DNA from: the human T2T-CHM13v2.0 reference genome, Homo sapiens
Strand: one strand, 5' to 3'
Length of the DNA: 64,000 nucleotides
NCBI RefSeq assembly: GCF_009914755.1
Contig: NC_060947.1
Part shown: piece after piece, positions 36,880 to 51,134 of the stretch
Numbering within the stretch: the first letter of the stretch is position 1
How the letters are laid out: every line of letters starts with the position of its first letter
Program-made: the position numbers and the translations under genes
Notes under the pieces: generated by a model
Databases searched by the model: none
The model's input: the letters and a program-made list of their open reading frames with translations, nothing else
What the model was told of the DNA's origin: nothing

Positions 36880-37130
36880 TCTACTAGGTAAAGTCTTATC
36901 TCATTTAATCCTCACAACAGTCTACGAGGTAGATTCTATTATTATCATCACTAATTTAAGGAGGAGACAATCCTCAAATGAGGAGATAAAAATCACATAA
37001 GTCTCCTCAAATGAGGAGATGAAATAACAGAAAACTAAGTAATTTACTCAGGGCCACACAGATAGTGAATGGCAGAGCTGAGATTGAAACCCATGCAGTC
37101 TGGCTCTAGAGTCGGTGCTCTTAATTGCTA
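36880..37130 (-). mobile_element. MIR
   Basis: tctcatttaatcctcacaacagtctacgaggtag...aagtaatttactcagggccacacag...gagattgaaacccatgcagtctggctctagag. Confidence 0.85.
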
Positions 37131-37389
37131 TAACACACGGGCATGGCTTTGAACTATACTAAGCTAAAGGGCAACATTCAAGCTGACATTTTGAGAGAGC
37201 AGTAATAATATAGAGTAGGAGAAGAGGAAAATGATTCACAGAGAGAGAACTGTGGAAACCCATAGATGAAGGAAGATGTCAAAAAAGAAAATACTATAAA
37301 ACTCAAGAGAAGAGGTGGGAGAAAGATAGGAGAGAGAGAGAGTGAGAGCAAGTGAGTGAGAGAGAACTACACCTACACCTTGGCACTTG

Positions 37390-37645
37390 ATAATAATAAT
37401 AGTTAAGATTTATAAAACACTCATTATGTGCCAGCCACTTTTCTTAGCTGTTTACATATATTAATTTACTTGGGCTTCACACACTTACTATGATGTAAGT
37501 ATAATTATTATTCTTATTTGATGGATGAGTACATTGAAGCACCAATTTGTTAGTGACTTGCATAAGGTCACACAGCTAGTAAGTAGCAAAACCAGGATTT
37601 GAACACAGGTGGTCTAACTCCAGAGTTAGCACTTGTAACTTCTTT
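37390..37645 (-). mobile_element. MIR
   Basis: cactcattatgtgccagccact...gtgacttgcataaggtcacacagctagtaagtagc...ggatttgaacacagg. Confidence 0.85.
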
Positions 37646-38239
37646 ACTCCTATCCAAGCTCCAGTTCCTGCCAACTGGATATAAATACTTTGTGCCCTTC
37701 ACTTTCTTTGGGATTCCTGTATATCTTCAACCCACCCACTGTCCCCTTTTAACTGAGCTAGATTTATTGGGTCTTTCTCCTTGCAAACAAAAGAGACCTA
37801 ACTGAAACAGTAAGTTGCCATACCAGATACCATAAAGGAGAAATAAATGTGATTAATAGGATCCCTGCCTTCAAAGAGTTGCCAACCTAATTGGAAAGGT
37901 ATGTCGTACGATAAAAAAATCATTAATAATAACAGAGAGTATGTACCCAGTGCCTATTGATGAAACAATGAGGGAAAGTTTAATAAAGAGTGAAAACTGA
38001 GTTTGGAACACCAACCCCTAAAGCTCTGCAAATTACAGAAGGTTCATGTATGTTTCCTCTACACTTGACTATCTGAAGCTGAGAAAGTTTTGACAGAATT
38101 GAAACACAGATTTCTAGGTTCAATTTCATTATTAAAAAGTCCAATGCTGTAGAAACTCTCCTTTCCCACTGAGGTGGGCTTGGGAACCATCTGCATGGAA
38201 TGTTCAAGGAGTTTTTTGGCTTTTTTTCTGCTATAACTC

Positions 38240-41200
38240 ATTTAATTTTTAATTTTTGTGGGTATATAGTAAATGGAGTACATATTAAGTGTATATATTT
38301 TTGGGGTACATGAAATGTTTTCATATAGGCATTCAATGTGAAATAAGCAGGTCAGGAAGAATAGAGTACACATCCCCTCAAGCATTTATTTTTGGGATTA
38401 GAAAAAATCCAATTACATTGGTATCAGTTATTTTTTAAATGTACAATTAAGTTATTATTGACTATAGTCACCCAGATTTGCTATCAAATGGTAGGTTTTA
38501 TTCATCATTTTCCACCAGTTTTTGTCCCCATTAACCATCCTCACCTCCCCACGTCCCCCACCACTACCCTTACCAACCTCTGGTAACCATCCTTCTACTC
38601 TCTGTATCCATCATTCAAGTGTTTTGAATTTTAAATCCCACAAATATGTTAAAATATGTGTTATTTCTTTTTCTCTGCCTGGCTAATTTCTCTTAACATA
38701 ATTGTATCCAGTTCCATCCATGTTGTTGCAAATGACAGGATCTCATTTATTTTTATGGCTGAATAGTACTCCATTGTGTATATGTACCATATTGTATACG
38801 TCCATTCTCATGTTGCTAATAAAAACATACCCGAGACTGGGTAATTTATAAAGGAAAGGGGTTTAATTGACTCACAGTTGGGCATGGCTGGGGAGACCTC
38901 AGGAAAATTACAATCATGGCAGAAGGGGAGGAAAACATGTACTTCTTCACATGGTGGCAGGAAGGAGAAGAATGAGAGCCCAGCAAAGGGGGAGACCCCT
39001 TATACAACCATCAGTTCTTGTGAGAACTTACTATCATGAGAATAGCATGGAGAAAACCACCCCCATGATTCAATTACCTCCCACGGGGTCATTCTCACCA
39101 CACATGGGGGTTATGGGAACGCAATTCAAGATGAGATTTGGGTGGGGACACAGCCAAACCATATCACACGTTTTCTTTATACATTCATCTGTTGATGGAT
39201 ACTTTGGTTGCTTCAGCATCTTGGCTATTATGAACAGTGCTGCAGCAAATACAGGAGTGCAGATATATTTTTTATTTACTGATTTCCTTTCATTTGGGGA
39301 TATACCTAGCAGTGGGATTTCTGGATAATGTGGTAGCTCCATTTTCAGTTTTTTGAGGAGCCCCCAAATTGTTATCCATAGTGGTTTTAACTAATTTACA
39401 TCTCCAGCAACAGTATATGAGTGTTTCCTTTTCTCCACATCCTCACCAGCATTTGTTATTGCCTGTTGTTTGGGTCTAAGCCATTTTAACTGCAGTGAGA
39501 TGATATCTCATTGTAGTTTTGATTTAAATTTCTTTGATGATCAATGATGTTGAGCACATTTTCACATGCCTGTTTGCCATTTGTATGTCTTCTTTTGAGA
39601 AATGTCTATTCAAATATTTTGCCCGTCTTTTGATCAGATTATTAGATTTTTTTTCCTATAGAGTTGTTTGAGCTTCTTATATATTCTGAGTATTAATCCC
39701 TTGTCAGATGGATAGTTTGCAAATATTTTCTCTCATTCTGTGGGTTGTTTCTTCACATTATTTATTGTTTCCTTTGCTGTGAAGAAGCTTTTAAACTTGA
39801 TGTGATTCCATTTGTCCATTTTTGCTTTGGTTGCCTGTGCTTGTGTTCAAGACATTTTTTCCCAGACCAATGTCCTGAGGGATTTTTCCAATGTTTTCTT
39901 GTAGTAGATTCATAGTTGGAGGTATTATATTTAAGTCTTTAGTCGATTTTGATTTGATTTTGTACATGGCTAGGGATGGGGTCTAGTTTTATTCTTTTGC
40001 CTATGGATATCCAGTATTTCCAGCACCATATATTGAAGTGGCTGCCTTTTCCCCAGTATATTTTTTAGCACCTTTGTCGAAACTGAGTTCACTGTAGGTG
40101 TGTGGATTTCTTTCTGGGTTTTTCATTCTGTTCCACTGGTTTATGTTTCTGTCTTGATGCCGGTATCATGCTGCTTGGTTACTTTAGCTCTGGAGGCTAT
40201 TTTGAAGTCAGGAAATGTGATTCTTCCAATTGTGTTCTTTTTGCTTAGGATAGCTTTGGCTATTCTGGGTCTCTTGTGGGCCCATATGAATGTTAGGATT
40301 TTTTTTCTATTTCTGTGAAGAATATTATTGGTATTTTGATAGGCATTTCATTATATCTGCAGATTGCTTTGGGTAGTATGAACATTTCGATAATATTGAT
40401 TCTTCCAATCCATGAACATTGGCTATTGTTCTTTTGTTTGGTGTCCTTTCCAATTTCTTTCATCACTATTTTATAGTTTTCATTATAGAGATATTTCATT
40501 TCTTTGGTTAATTCCTAGATAATTAATTTTATTTGTGGTTATTTTAAATGTGATTACTTTCTTGATTTCTTTTTCACATTGTCTACTGTTAGCATATACA
40601 AATGCTACTGATTTTGCTTATTGATTTTGTATACTGCAACTTTACTCAATTTGTCAGTTCTAATAGTTTTTTCATGTGGAATCTTTAGTTTTTTTCTAAA
40701 TATAAGATCATAGCATCTGCAAACAGAATCATTTGACTTTTCTCTTTCTAATTTGAAAGCTTTTTATCTTTCTCTTGTCTGGTTGCTCTAGCTAGGACTT
40801 CCAGTACTGTATTGAATAACAGTGATGATAGTGGACATCTTGGTTGTGTTTCAGATGTTAGAGGAAAGACTTTCAGTTTTTCCCCATTCAGTATGATACT
40901 CACTGTGGGTCTGTCGTATATGGCTTTTATTATGTTGAGGTATGTTCCTTATATTCCCAGTTGTTTGAGGGGTTTTATCATGAAGGGATGTTAAATTTTA
41001 TCAAATGCTTTTTCACCATCCATTGAAATGTTTTATTCTTCATTCATATGTGATGTGTCCCCCTGATTGATTTGCATATGTTGAACCATTTTTTCATACC
41101 AGAGATAATTCTCACTTGGTCATGATAAATAACTTTCAAATGTATTGTTGAATTCTGTTGACTGGTAGTTTGCTGAGGGTTTTTGCATCGATATTCATCA

Positions 41201-44200
41201 GAGATATTGGCCTGTAGTGTTTTTTGTTTGTATTTTTTTTTATGTGTCCTTGTTTTTGGTGTGAGGGTAACACTGGCCTCGTAGAATGAGTTTGGAAGTA
41301 TTTCCTCCCGTGTTTTTCAGAATAGTTTGAGTAGGATCGATATTAGTTGTTTAAATGTATGGTAGAATTAAGCAGTGAAGCCATTGGGTCCTGGAGTTTT
41401 CTTTACTGGGAGCCTTTTGATGATGGCTTTGATCTTGTTATGTTATTGGTCTGTTTGGGTTTCGGATTTCTTTCTGGCTCTATCTTGGTAGGTTGTATGT
41501 GTCTAGGAATTTGTCCATTTCTTTTAGATTTTCCAATTTATTGACATATAGTTGCTCATAGTAGCCACTAAAGATCCTTTGAATTTCTGCAGTATCAGTT
41601 GTAATGCCTCCTTTTTCATTTCTAATTTTATTTATCTGGATCATCTCTCTTTTTTTCTTAGTCTGGCTAAAGGTTTGTCAATTTTGTTTAACTTTTCAAG
41701 AAACTCAACTTTTTGCTTCATTGATCTTTTGTATTTTTTTTTTTTTGCATTTCAGTTTTATTTGTTTCTGATCTGAACTTCATTATTTATTTTCTTCTAT
41801 TAATTCTGGGTTTGGTTTGCCCTTGCTTTTCTAGTTCCTTAAGATGAATTGTTAAATTACTTATTTGAAGTTTTTTTTTTTCTTTTTTGATGTAGGCACT
41901 TATAGCTATAAGCTTCCCTGTTAGTACTGCTTTTGTTGTATCCCATAGGTTTTGGTATGTTGTGTTTTTATTATTATTTGTTTCAATAAATTTCTCAATT
42001 TTCTTCTTAATTACTTAATTGATCCTCTAGTCATTTGGGAACATATTGTTTAATTTCCATGTGTTTGTATAGTTTCCAAGATTCATCTTTTTATTGATAT
42101 CTAGTTTTATTCCATGTGGTCAAAGAAGATGCTTGATATTATTTCAATTTTTTGAATATTCTAAGACTTGTTATGTGGCCTAACATATAGTCTCTGCTTG
42201 AGAATCATCTATGTGCTGATGAAAATGATGTGTATTCTGCAGCCATTGGATGAAATGTTCTGGTAATATCTATTAGATCCATTTGGTCTATAGTGCAGTT
42301 CAAGTCTGATGTTTCTTTCTTGATTTACCGTTTGGAGTATCTGTCCAATGCTGAAAGTAGGGTGTTGAAGTCTCCAGGTATTATTGTATTGGGGCCTATC
42401 TCTCTTTTTAGCTCCAATAATATTTGCTTTATACATCTAAGTTTTCCAGTCTTGGATGCATCCATAGTTACATTAAATTGTTATATTCTCTTGATGAATT
42501 GACCCCTTTATTATTATATAGTGACCTTCTTTGTCTTTTCTTATTTTTGTCTCAAAATCTATTTTGTCTATGCATAGTGATTCATGATCATTTTTGGTTT
42601 CCATTGGCATGGAGTATCTTTTTCTATCCCTTTATTCTCAGTCCATCTGTGTCTTTATAGGAGAAATGAGTTCATTGCAGATAACAGATAAATGGGTCTT
42701 GTGTTTTTATTCATTCATCCAGCCAGTGTCTTTTGATTGTAGAGTTTAGTCCATTTATATTCAATATTATTGATAAGTAAGGACTTACTCTTGCCTTTTT
42801 GTTATTTGTTTTATGGTTGTTTTGTGGTCTTTTCCTTCTTTCTTTCATTTCTGTCTTCCTTTAGTAAAGGTGGTTTTCTTTGGTGGTATGATATAGTTTC
42901 TTGCTTTTTATTTTTTGTGTATCCATTGTATGTTTTTTGGTTTGATGGTAACATCAAACCAAAGGCTTGCAACTACTACCTTATAACCCATTATTTTAAC
43001 CTGATAACAATTTAACACTTTTTATAGTAAAAAAAATCACAAACAAGTAAAAAGAAAACTAATAAAAACTCAATGTCTTAACTTTGTACCCCAGATTTTT
43101 AATTTTTGTAATTTCTATTTATAGCTCATTGTATGATGTCCTGAATACTTATGAGTTTCAATTGGTTCATCAGTTAGTCTTTCTATTAATACCTAGGATA
43201 AGAGTAGTTTCCACAGCAAACTTATAGTTTTATAAAATATTCTGTTTTTCTGTGTACTTACTATTACCAGTGAGTTTTGTACCTTCAGCTGTACTTATTG
43301 CTCATAACTGTTTTTTTTCTTTCTGATTGAAGTACTCCCAATTTCATTTCCTGTAGGACAGGTCTGGCGTTGATGAAATCCCTCAGCTTTTATTTGTCTG
43401 AGGAAGTCTTTATTTCTTCTTTAAGTTTGATGAATATTTTCAGCAGATATGCTATTCTGGGGTAAAAGTTTCTTTTCTTTAGCACGATAGATGTGTCCTG
43501 CTGCTCTCTCCTTTCCTGTAAGGTTTCCACTGAAAAGTCTGCTGCCAGATGTTTTGGAGTTTCTATATATGTTATTTGTTTATTTTCTCTTCCTGTATTC
43601 AGGATCCTTTCTTTATCCTTGAACTTTGGGAGTTTGATTATTAAATGTCTTGAGGTGGTCTTTGGGTTAAATTGGCATGGTGTTCTATACATTTCTTGTA
43701 ATTGGATATTGATATCTTTCTTGAGGTTTGAGAAGTTCTCTGTTATTACCCCTTTGAATAAATTTTTTATCCCTATTTATTTTTCTATCTCCTCTTTAAG
43801 GCCAATAACTCTTGGATTTGTCCTTCTGAGGTTACTTTCTAGATCCTGTAGGGTTGCTTCATTGTGTTTTATTCTTTTTTCTCCTTTGACTGTGTATTTT
43901 CAAATAGCTTGTCTTCAAGCTCTGTAATTCTTTTTTCCACTTGATCAATTCTGCTAGTAAGGAATTCCAAAACATTCTTTAGTATGCCACTGCATTTCTC
44001 AGCTGGGGAATTTCTGCTTGATTCTTTTTAATTACTTAAATCTCATTGTTAAATTTATCTGGTAGAATTCTGAATTCCTTCTCTGTGTTATTTTGAATTT
44101 CTTTGATTTTCCTTGACAGAACTATTTTGAATAATCTGTATAAAAGGTCACATATCTCTGTTTCTCCATGATTGGTTTCTGGTGCCTTTTTAGTTCATGT

Positions 44201-46070
44201 GGTGAGGTCATGTTTTCCCGGATGGTGTTGATGCTAGTAGATGTTCTTTGGTGTCAGGACATTGAGATATTCATTGTAGTCTTCACTTTCAGGACTTATT
44301 TTTATCTGCCCTACTAGGTAAGGCTTTCCAGGTATTTGAAAGGACTTAGGTGTTGCGATCTAAGCTGTATCTGCTTTAGGAGGCACCTCAAGCCCAGTAA
44401 CTCTGTGGTTCTGGCAGACTTGTAGAGGTATCGTCTTGATAGTCTTGGACAAGATCTGGGAGAAATCTCTGGATTACCAGGAAGAGACTCTTGCTCTCTT
44501 CCCTTTATTTTTCCTAAACTTACTGAGTCTCTCTGTTCTGAGGTACCTAAAGCTGGGGGTGGAATGACACAAGCACCCCTGTGATCACCAGCACTGTGAC
44601 TCTGCTGGTTCAGACCTGAAGCCAGCACAGCACTGGATCTCACACAAGCCCTGCTCTCACCACTCTCTGGCAATTGCTTATGTGTGCCCAAGGCCCTGGC
44701 ACTCTACAAGTAGCCAGTGGTGATGCCAAACAGGTTTGTGTCCTTCCCTTCAGGGTGATGTGGTGAGGTTCCTGAGGCCCGAGTGTGTTAAGACGTGCTG
44801 TTTGGAAATCAGGGACTGGAGTAAAAAAATCTTAGAAGTCTACCTGGCATTGCATTGTAATACAGTTGACCTGGTACTCATGCAGTTCTTTTCACTCTTC
44901 CCTCCCCTTTCTAAAGCAAAGGAGCCTCGCCCATTAACCACCAACAACCCAGGCCAGGAGGTATACTGCTAGACTACCATCGATGTTCTCTTAAGTCTAA
45001 AGGGCTCTTCAGTCAGCTTGTGATGAATGCTACCTGGCCTGGGACTCATCCGTCACCACTGAGTGGTGGTGAAGAGTGGGCTCCCTTCTGACCCAGGGCA
45101 GTCCAGAAATGCCATCCAAGAGTTAAGTACTGGAATCAGGGACTTCAAGAGCCTACTTGGTGCTCTATCACCCTGTGGCCATGCTGGTATGTAAGGTGCA
45201 AGACAAAATCCCCTTTACTTTCCTCAAGCAGGAGTTTTTCCCTGTAGCCATCACAGCTGGTAATGAGCTGAGTTTCACCTGAATCTAGGAAGTAACAGAG
45301 CCTCACTTAAGGCCCTCAACATAGTACCTGGGTATCACTGCTGGTTATTCAGGGCCCAAAGGCTCTTCAGTTAGCAGGAGATGAATGCTGCTAGGACTGG
45401 ATGTTTTTCTTCAAGGCAGTGATTCCTTTCTGGCCCAGGGTGTGTCTAGAATTGCCATTTGGAGCTAGGGCCTGAAATGGGGGTTTTATGACTCTGACCA
45501 GTGTCTTATCCTGATATGGCTGGCCTGATAACCAAGATGGAAGACCAGGTTTTTTCCACTCTTCCCTCTCCTCTCCTCAAGCAGAAGGCAGGGGTTTCTT
45601 TTGGACCCATGAACTGTGCAGCCTGAGGTTGGGAGGGATGTTGTCAGCATTCCCTTAGACACCCCATCAGGCATCTCAGTATGTCATCTGCCCCCCTCCA
45701 GTCCACTGCCTCTGAACCTAGTTGAGCACTAGGAGGCCTAACAGTTGCAATCCTTATGGCCTGGACTTCCTTTTAAGTTTACTTGGAGACATAGAACACT
45801 TTAGCTCTTGGTGGCAAGGTTTGTGGGAACTCAAATTCCAACCAGTGGGATCCGCTATTTCCCTCTGGCTAAGGCTGGTTTAAACGCTTCCTCTGTGGAT
45901 GGATGTTGGCTGAGTTTGGTCCGGTTTTCCTTTTTGCTCTAACTGGACAGTACTGAGTTCAGTGTCGCAAAATTGCTGTGTTCTGCCTCCCTGTGCCTAG
46001 AGATGCTCTCTGCACCATGCTGCCACCACTGCCAGGGGTTGGGGGTGGGGTGGCCTTGGCAATTTAAGAC
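38240..46070 (-). mobile_element. Near full-length L1MA (MA1/MA2-like) with L1M1-type 5' region
   Basis: Antisense 3' UTR tttttgtgggtatatagta...cccctcaagcatttat; ORF2 and ORF1 remnants (SRHLIIKLPKFKDKERIL...LAADFSVETLQ); GC-richer 5' UTR to about 46070. Confidence 0.9.
38793..39166 (-). mobile_element. THE1D-like solo LTR (MaLR) inserted in the L1MA
   Basis: tgta...gagatttgggtggggacacagccaaaccatatca; degenerate 5-bp TSD catat/cacgt. Confidence 0.92.
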
Positions 46071-46416
46071 CCTTCACTTTACTAAGTTCTTGGCAAACAA
46101 GTTTTACTTTTGATGAAGTTCAACTTTTCAATCTTCTCTTTTGTAATTTATGCTATTAATACCAAATGTAAGAAATCATTGCCTAACCCCAAATCATGGA
46201 GATTTATACTTCTAAGAGTTTTATAATTTTAGGCAGATAGTCCACTTTGGTTTATTTTTTGTGTGGATCTATTATTTTGAGTGTTTATATCCAGATGGCC
46301 CACTGCAATTCATGAAAAAAAATCTTTCTCTCATTTAATTTTCTTGGTGCCCTTGTCAAATATAAATTGACCATACAAGTGTTGGTTTGTTTCTGGGCTC
46401 TCATTTCTATTCCATT

Positions 46417-46419
<3 letters not shown>

Positions 46420-46451
<32 letters not shown>
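46420..46451. repeat. (TA)n microsatellite
   Basis: About 16 perfect units. Confidence 0.95.
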
Positions 46452-46454
<3 letters not shown>

Positions 46455-47541
46455 TGTTGTTATGCCAGTACCACAATACTGATTGCTATAGGATTGTAGT
46501 AAGTTTTGAAATTGATTAAGGGTGAGTCCATCAACTTAATTCTGTTTTAAAGATTATTTTGGCTATTCTGGGTTCCTTGCATTTTCATATAAATTTCATC
46601 TTTTAATATTCTACAAAAAAGTCAGCTGGGGTTTTGATAGAAAATGTGTTGAATCTGTGGATCAATATGAGTAGTATCCCTATCCTCAAAATATTGTGCT
46701 ATTCAATTTATAAACATGAGTTTTTTCCTATTATTGAGATATTCTTAAATTTATTTTAGCAATCCTTTGTAGTTTTCAGTGCACAAGTCTTGCATTTCTT
46801 TGTTTAAATTTATTCGTTTCATTTATAAATATGATTTTTTCTCAATTTTATTTTCAGATTGTTTGTTATTGGCAAATAGATATTAAACTGATTTTTGTGT
46901 ATTAATCTTGTAGCTTACAACCTGCTTACCCTGTTTACAATCTCTAATAGTTATTTTCTAGATTCTTTAGATTTTTTTCCCAAAATTATATCATCAATAA
47001 ATAGGCATAGTTTTACTTTTTCCTTTCCACTTTGGATGCTGTTTATTTCTTTCTCGCCTAATTGCTCTGGCTATAATTTCCAGTACAATATTGAATAAAA
47101 GTGGTGAAAACAGGCATTTTTGTTTCGTCCTTGATCTTAGTGGAAAAGCTTTCGATTTTTCACCATGGAGTATAATGTTAATTGTGGATTTTTTATAGAT
47201 GTCATTATCCCATTAAGGAATTTTCTTTATATTTCTAGTATGTTCAGTGGTTTTTATCTTGAAAGGATGTTAGTTTTTTCGACTGCTTTTGCTGCATATA
47301 TTGAGTTGTTCATGTAGTTTGTCATTTATCCTAGTAATATGAAGAATTACTTTGATTTTTATATGTTAAACTAACTTTTCATTGCTGGGGTAAATCTCAG
47401 TCATGGTCTATAATCCTCTTTATATGTTTCTAGATTTTGGTTTGCTAATATTTTCAAAGGATTTTTATGTCTACATTCACAGGTGATAATAATACGTAGC
47501 TTTCATTTCATAGGAAATCTTTGTTTTGGTATCTGGGCAAT

Positions 47542-49990
47542 TGTATTAGGCTGTTCTTGCATTGCTATAAAGAAATACCGGATACTGAGTAAGTTATAAA
47601 GAAATTGTTTTAATTGGCTTACAGCTCTGCCAGCTGTACAGGAAGCATGGCACTGGCATCTTCTCACCTTCTGGGGAGGCCTGAGGAAGCTTTTACTCAT
47701 GGCAGAAGGAGCAGCAGGAGCAAGCACATCACATGGAAAGAGAGGCATCAAGAGGAGGAAGGTGCCACACCCATTTAAACAACCAGATCTTGTGAGAACT
47801 CACTATCATGAGGACAGCACCAATGGGATGGTGCTAAACCATTCATGAGAAATTCACCCTCATGATTCAATTACCTCTCAACAGGCCCCACTTCCAACAG
47901 TGAGGACTACATTTCAAGTTGAGATTTGGCAAGGACACCAATTCAAACCATATCATTCTGCCCCTAGACTGACAAATCTCATGCCCTTCTCACGTTTTAA
48001 AATACAATTATGCCTTCCCAATAGTCCCCTAAAGTCTTAACTTATTCTGACGATAACTCAGAGTCCCAAGTCCCAATTCCTAAGTGCCATGTGGAAATGA
48101 GTTCCTTCCATCTATGCACCTGTAAAATCAAAACAAGTTATTTTTGCTCAAGTCACAATGGAGATACAGGCTTTGGGTAAACATTCCTGTTCCAAAAGAG
48201 AGAAATCAGCCAAAAGAAAGGGGCTACAAGTTCCTTGCAAGTTTAAAACCCAGCAGGACAGTCATTAAATCTTAAATCTCCAAAATAGTTTTTATTGATT
48301 TCATGTTCCACATCCAGGGCACACTGGTGCAAGGGGTGGACTCACAAGGCCTTGAGCAGTGCTGCCCCATGGCCTTGCAGGTACAGCTCCCATTGCTGAC
48401 ATTATGGGTTGAAGTGGAGTGCCTGTAATTTTTTGAGGTGCAAGCTGATGAAACCTCTACCATTCTGTGGTCTGAAGAATGGTGGTCTCCTTCCCACAAC
48501 TCCACTAGGCAGTGCCCCAGTAGAAACTCTGTGTGGGGCCTCCAATCTCACATTTCACCTTGATGTTGTCCTAGTAGAGGTTCTATGTGAGGTCTCTGCC
48601 CCTGCAGCAGGCTTTTGCTTGGGCACCCAGGGTTTCTCATACATCCTCTGAAATCTAGATGGAGGCTACCAAGTCTCCTTCACTCTTATACTCTGCACAC
48701 CTATAGGCTTAACACTACATGGAAGCTGCCAAGGCTTGTAACTTGCACCTTCTGAAGCAGTGGCTGGAGCTATATCTGGGGCTATTTGAGGTAAGGGTGG
48801 AGCCAGAGTGACCTGGATGCAAGGAGTAGTGTTCCAAGGCTGTACAGGGCAGTGGAGTCCTGGGCCTGGACCCGCTCCTAGGCCTCTGAGCCTATCATGG
48901 GAGGGGCTGCCACAAAGATCCCTGAAATGCCTTCTAAGCTTTTTTCCCATTGTCTAAGCTATCAGCACCTGGTTCTTTTTTGGTCATGTAAATCTCTCTA
49001 ACAAGTGGTTGCTCCACAGCCTACTTAGATTCTTCCCTTGAAAATTTGCTCTTCTTTTTTTGCCACATGGCTAGGCTGTAAATTTTCCAAACTTTTACAA
49101 TCTTCTCTTCTAAATCTAAGTTCCAACTTGACCATTTCTTTGTTCCTGCTTCTGAGTATAGGCAATCAGAAGCAGCGAGGCCACCTCTTGAATGCTTTAC
49201 TGCTGAGAAATTTCTTCCACCAGATACTCAAAGTCATCACTCTTAAGCTGAAACTTCCATAGATCCCTAGAGTATGACTCAATGCAGCCAAGTTCTTCAT
49301 TAAAGCATAACAAGAGTAACCTTTGCTTCAGTTGCCAAACAGTTCTTTATTTCCATTTGAGACCTCCTCAACAGCCTGGACTTGGTGAAGTCCATATGAC
49401 TATCTGAATTTTGGTCACAACCATTTAACCAATCTCCAGGAAGTTTCAAATGTTCTCTCATCTTCCTGCCCTCTGAGCCTTCCAACACTTCCAATCTCTG
49501 CCCATTACCCAGTTCCAAAGTCACTGCCATATTTTCAGGTGTATTTGTAGTAGCAATGCCCCACTCCTACTACCAATTTTCTGTATTAGACTATCCTTGC
49601 ATTGCTATAAAAAATACCTGAGACTGTGTAATTCATACAGAAAAGAGGTTTAATTGGCTCATGAAATTAAGGCTGTACAGGAAGAATGGTTCTGACATCT
49701 TCTCAGCTTCCAGGGAAACCTCGGGAGCTTTTATTCATAGCAAAAGCTAAGCCAGGAGCAGGCATGTTACATGGCCAGAGAGGAACCATGGGCAGAAATA
49801 GGTGCCACACACCTTTTAAACAACCAGATCTCAGAAGGACTCACTATTGTGAGGACAGCACCAATAGGATGGTGCTAAACCACTCATGAGAAACCCACCC
49901 CCATGATCCAATCACCTCAAACAAGCTGGGGTGACTGGGGATTACATTTCAACATGAGATTTGGTGGGGATACAGATCCAAAATATATCA
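47542..49990 (-). mobile_element. Full MSTB-type MaLR: LTR 47542-47955, internal 47956-49581, LTR 49582-49990
   Basis: Two homologous LTRs (tgtattag...ttgcattgctataaa...tatca) around a typical MaLR internal region (ttctgcccc...taccaattttc). Confidence 0.92.
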
Positions 49991-50008
49991 ATAGTGTTTG
50001 CCTTATAA

Positions 50009-50344
<336 letters not shown>

Positions 50345-50672
50345 TCTCCTCTTCTATTTTTAAGAAATGTTTGTGGAGAAGTTTTGTTTGTGAAGGATTG
50401 GAACATCCACCAGTGAAGCCAATTCCTCCTGGAATTTTCTTTGCATGATTTTTTTTATTCCTAACTTAGTCTCTTTGCTTGTTATATGTCCATTTATATT
50501 TCCATTTATCTCAAGTCAGTTTGAGTAATTTGTGCATTTCTAGAAATTTATCCATTTAGTCTATGTAATCTAATATGTTGGAATACAATTGTTCATAATG
50601 CTTCCTTATGATAATTTCTTATTTCTATAAGGTCAGTAATAATATTTACTCTTTCATTCTTGGTTTTAGTAA

Positions 50673-51042
<370 letters not shown>

Positions 51043-51066
51043 TGTATTCATTTTTAATATAGGTAT

Positions 51067-51134
51067 CTTCAACCATAAGTTTCCTTCAACCATAAGTTTA
51101 CTTCAACTATAAGTTTCCTGAACTTCATAAGTTT
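51067..51134. repeat. 17-bp minisatellite (3 copies plus a degenerate fourth)
   Basis: cttcaaccataagtttc / cttcaaccataagttta / cttcaactataagtttc. Confidence 0.9.

Noticed and set aside
38867-39328. 153-aa ORF
   Set aside because: Antisense read-through of the THE1D LTR into L1 sequence; no coding hallmark.
51067-51134. CRISPR-like array
   Set aside because: Units are head to tail with no unique spacers, there are no cas genes, and the context is eukaryotic.
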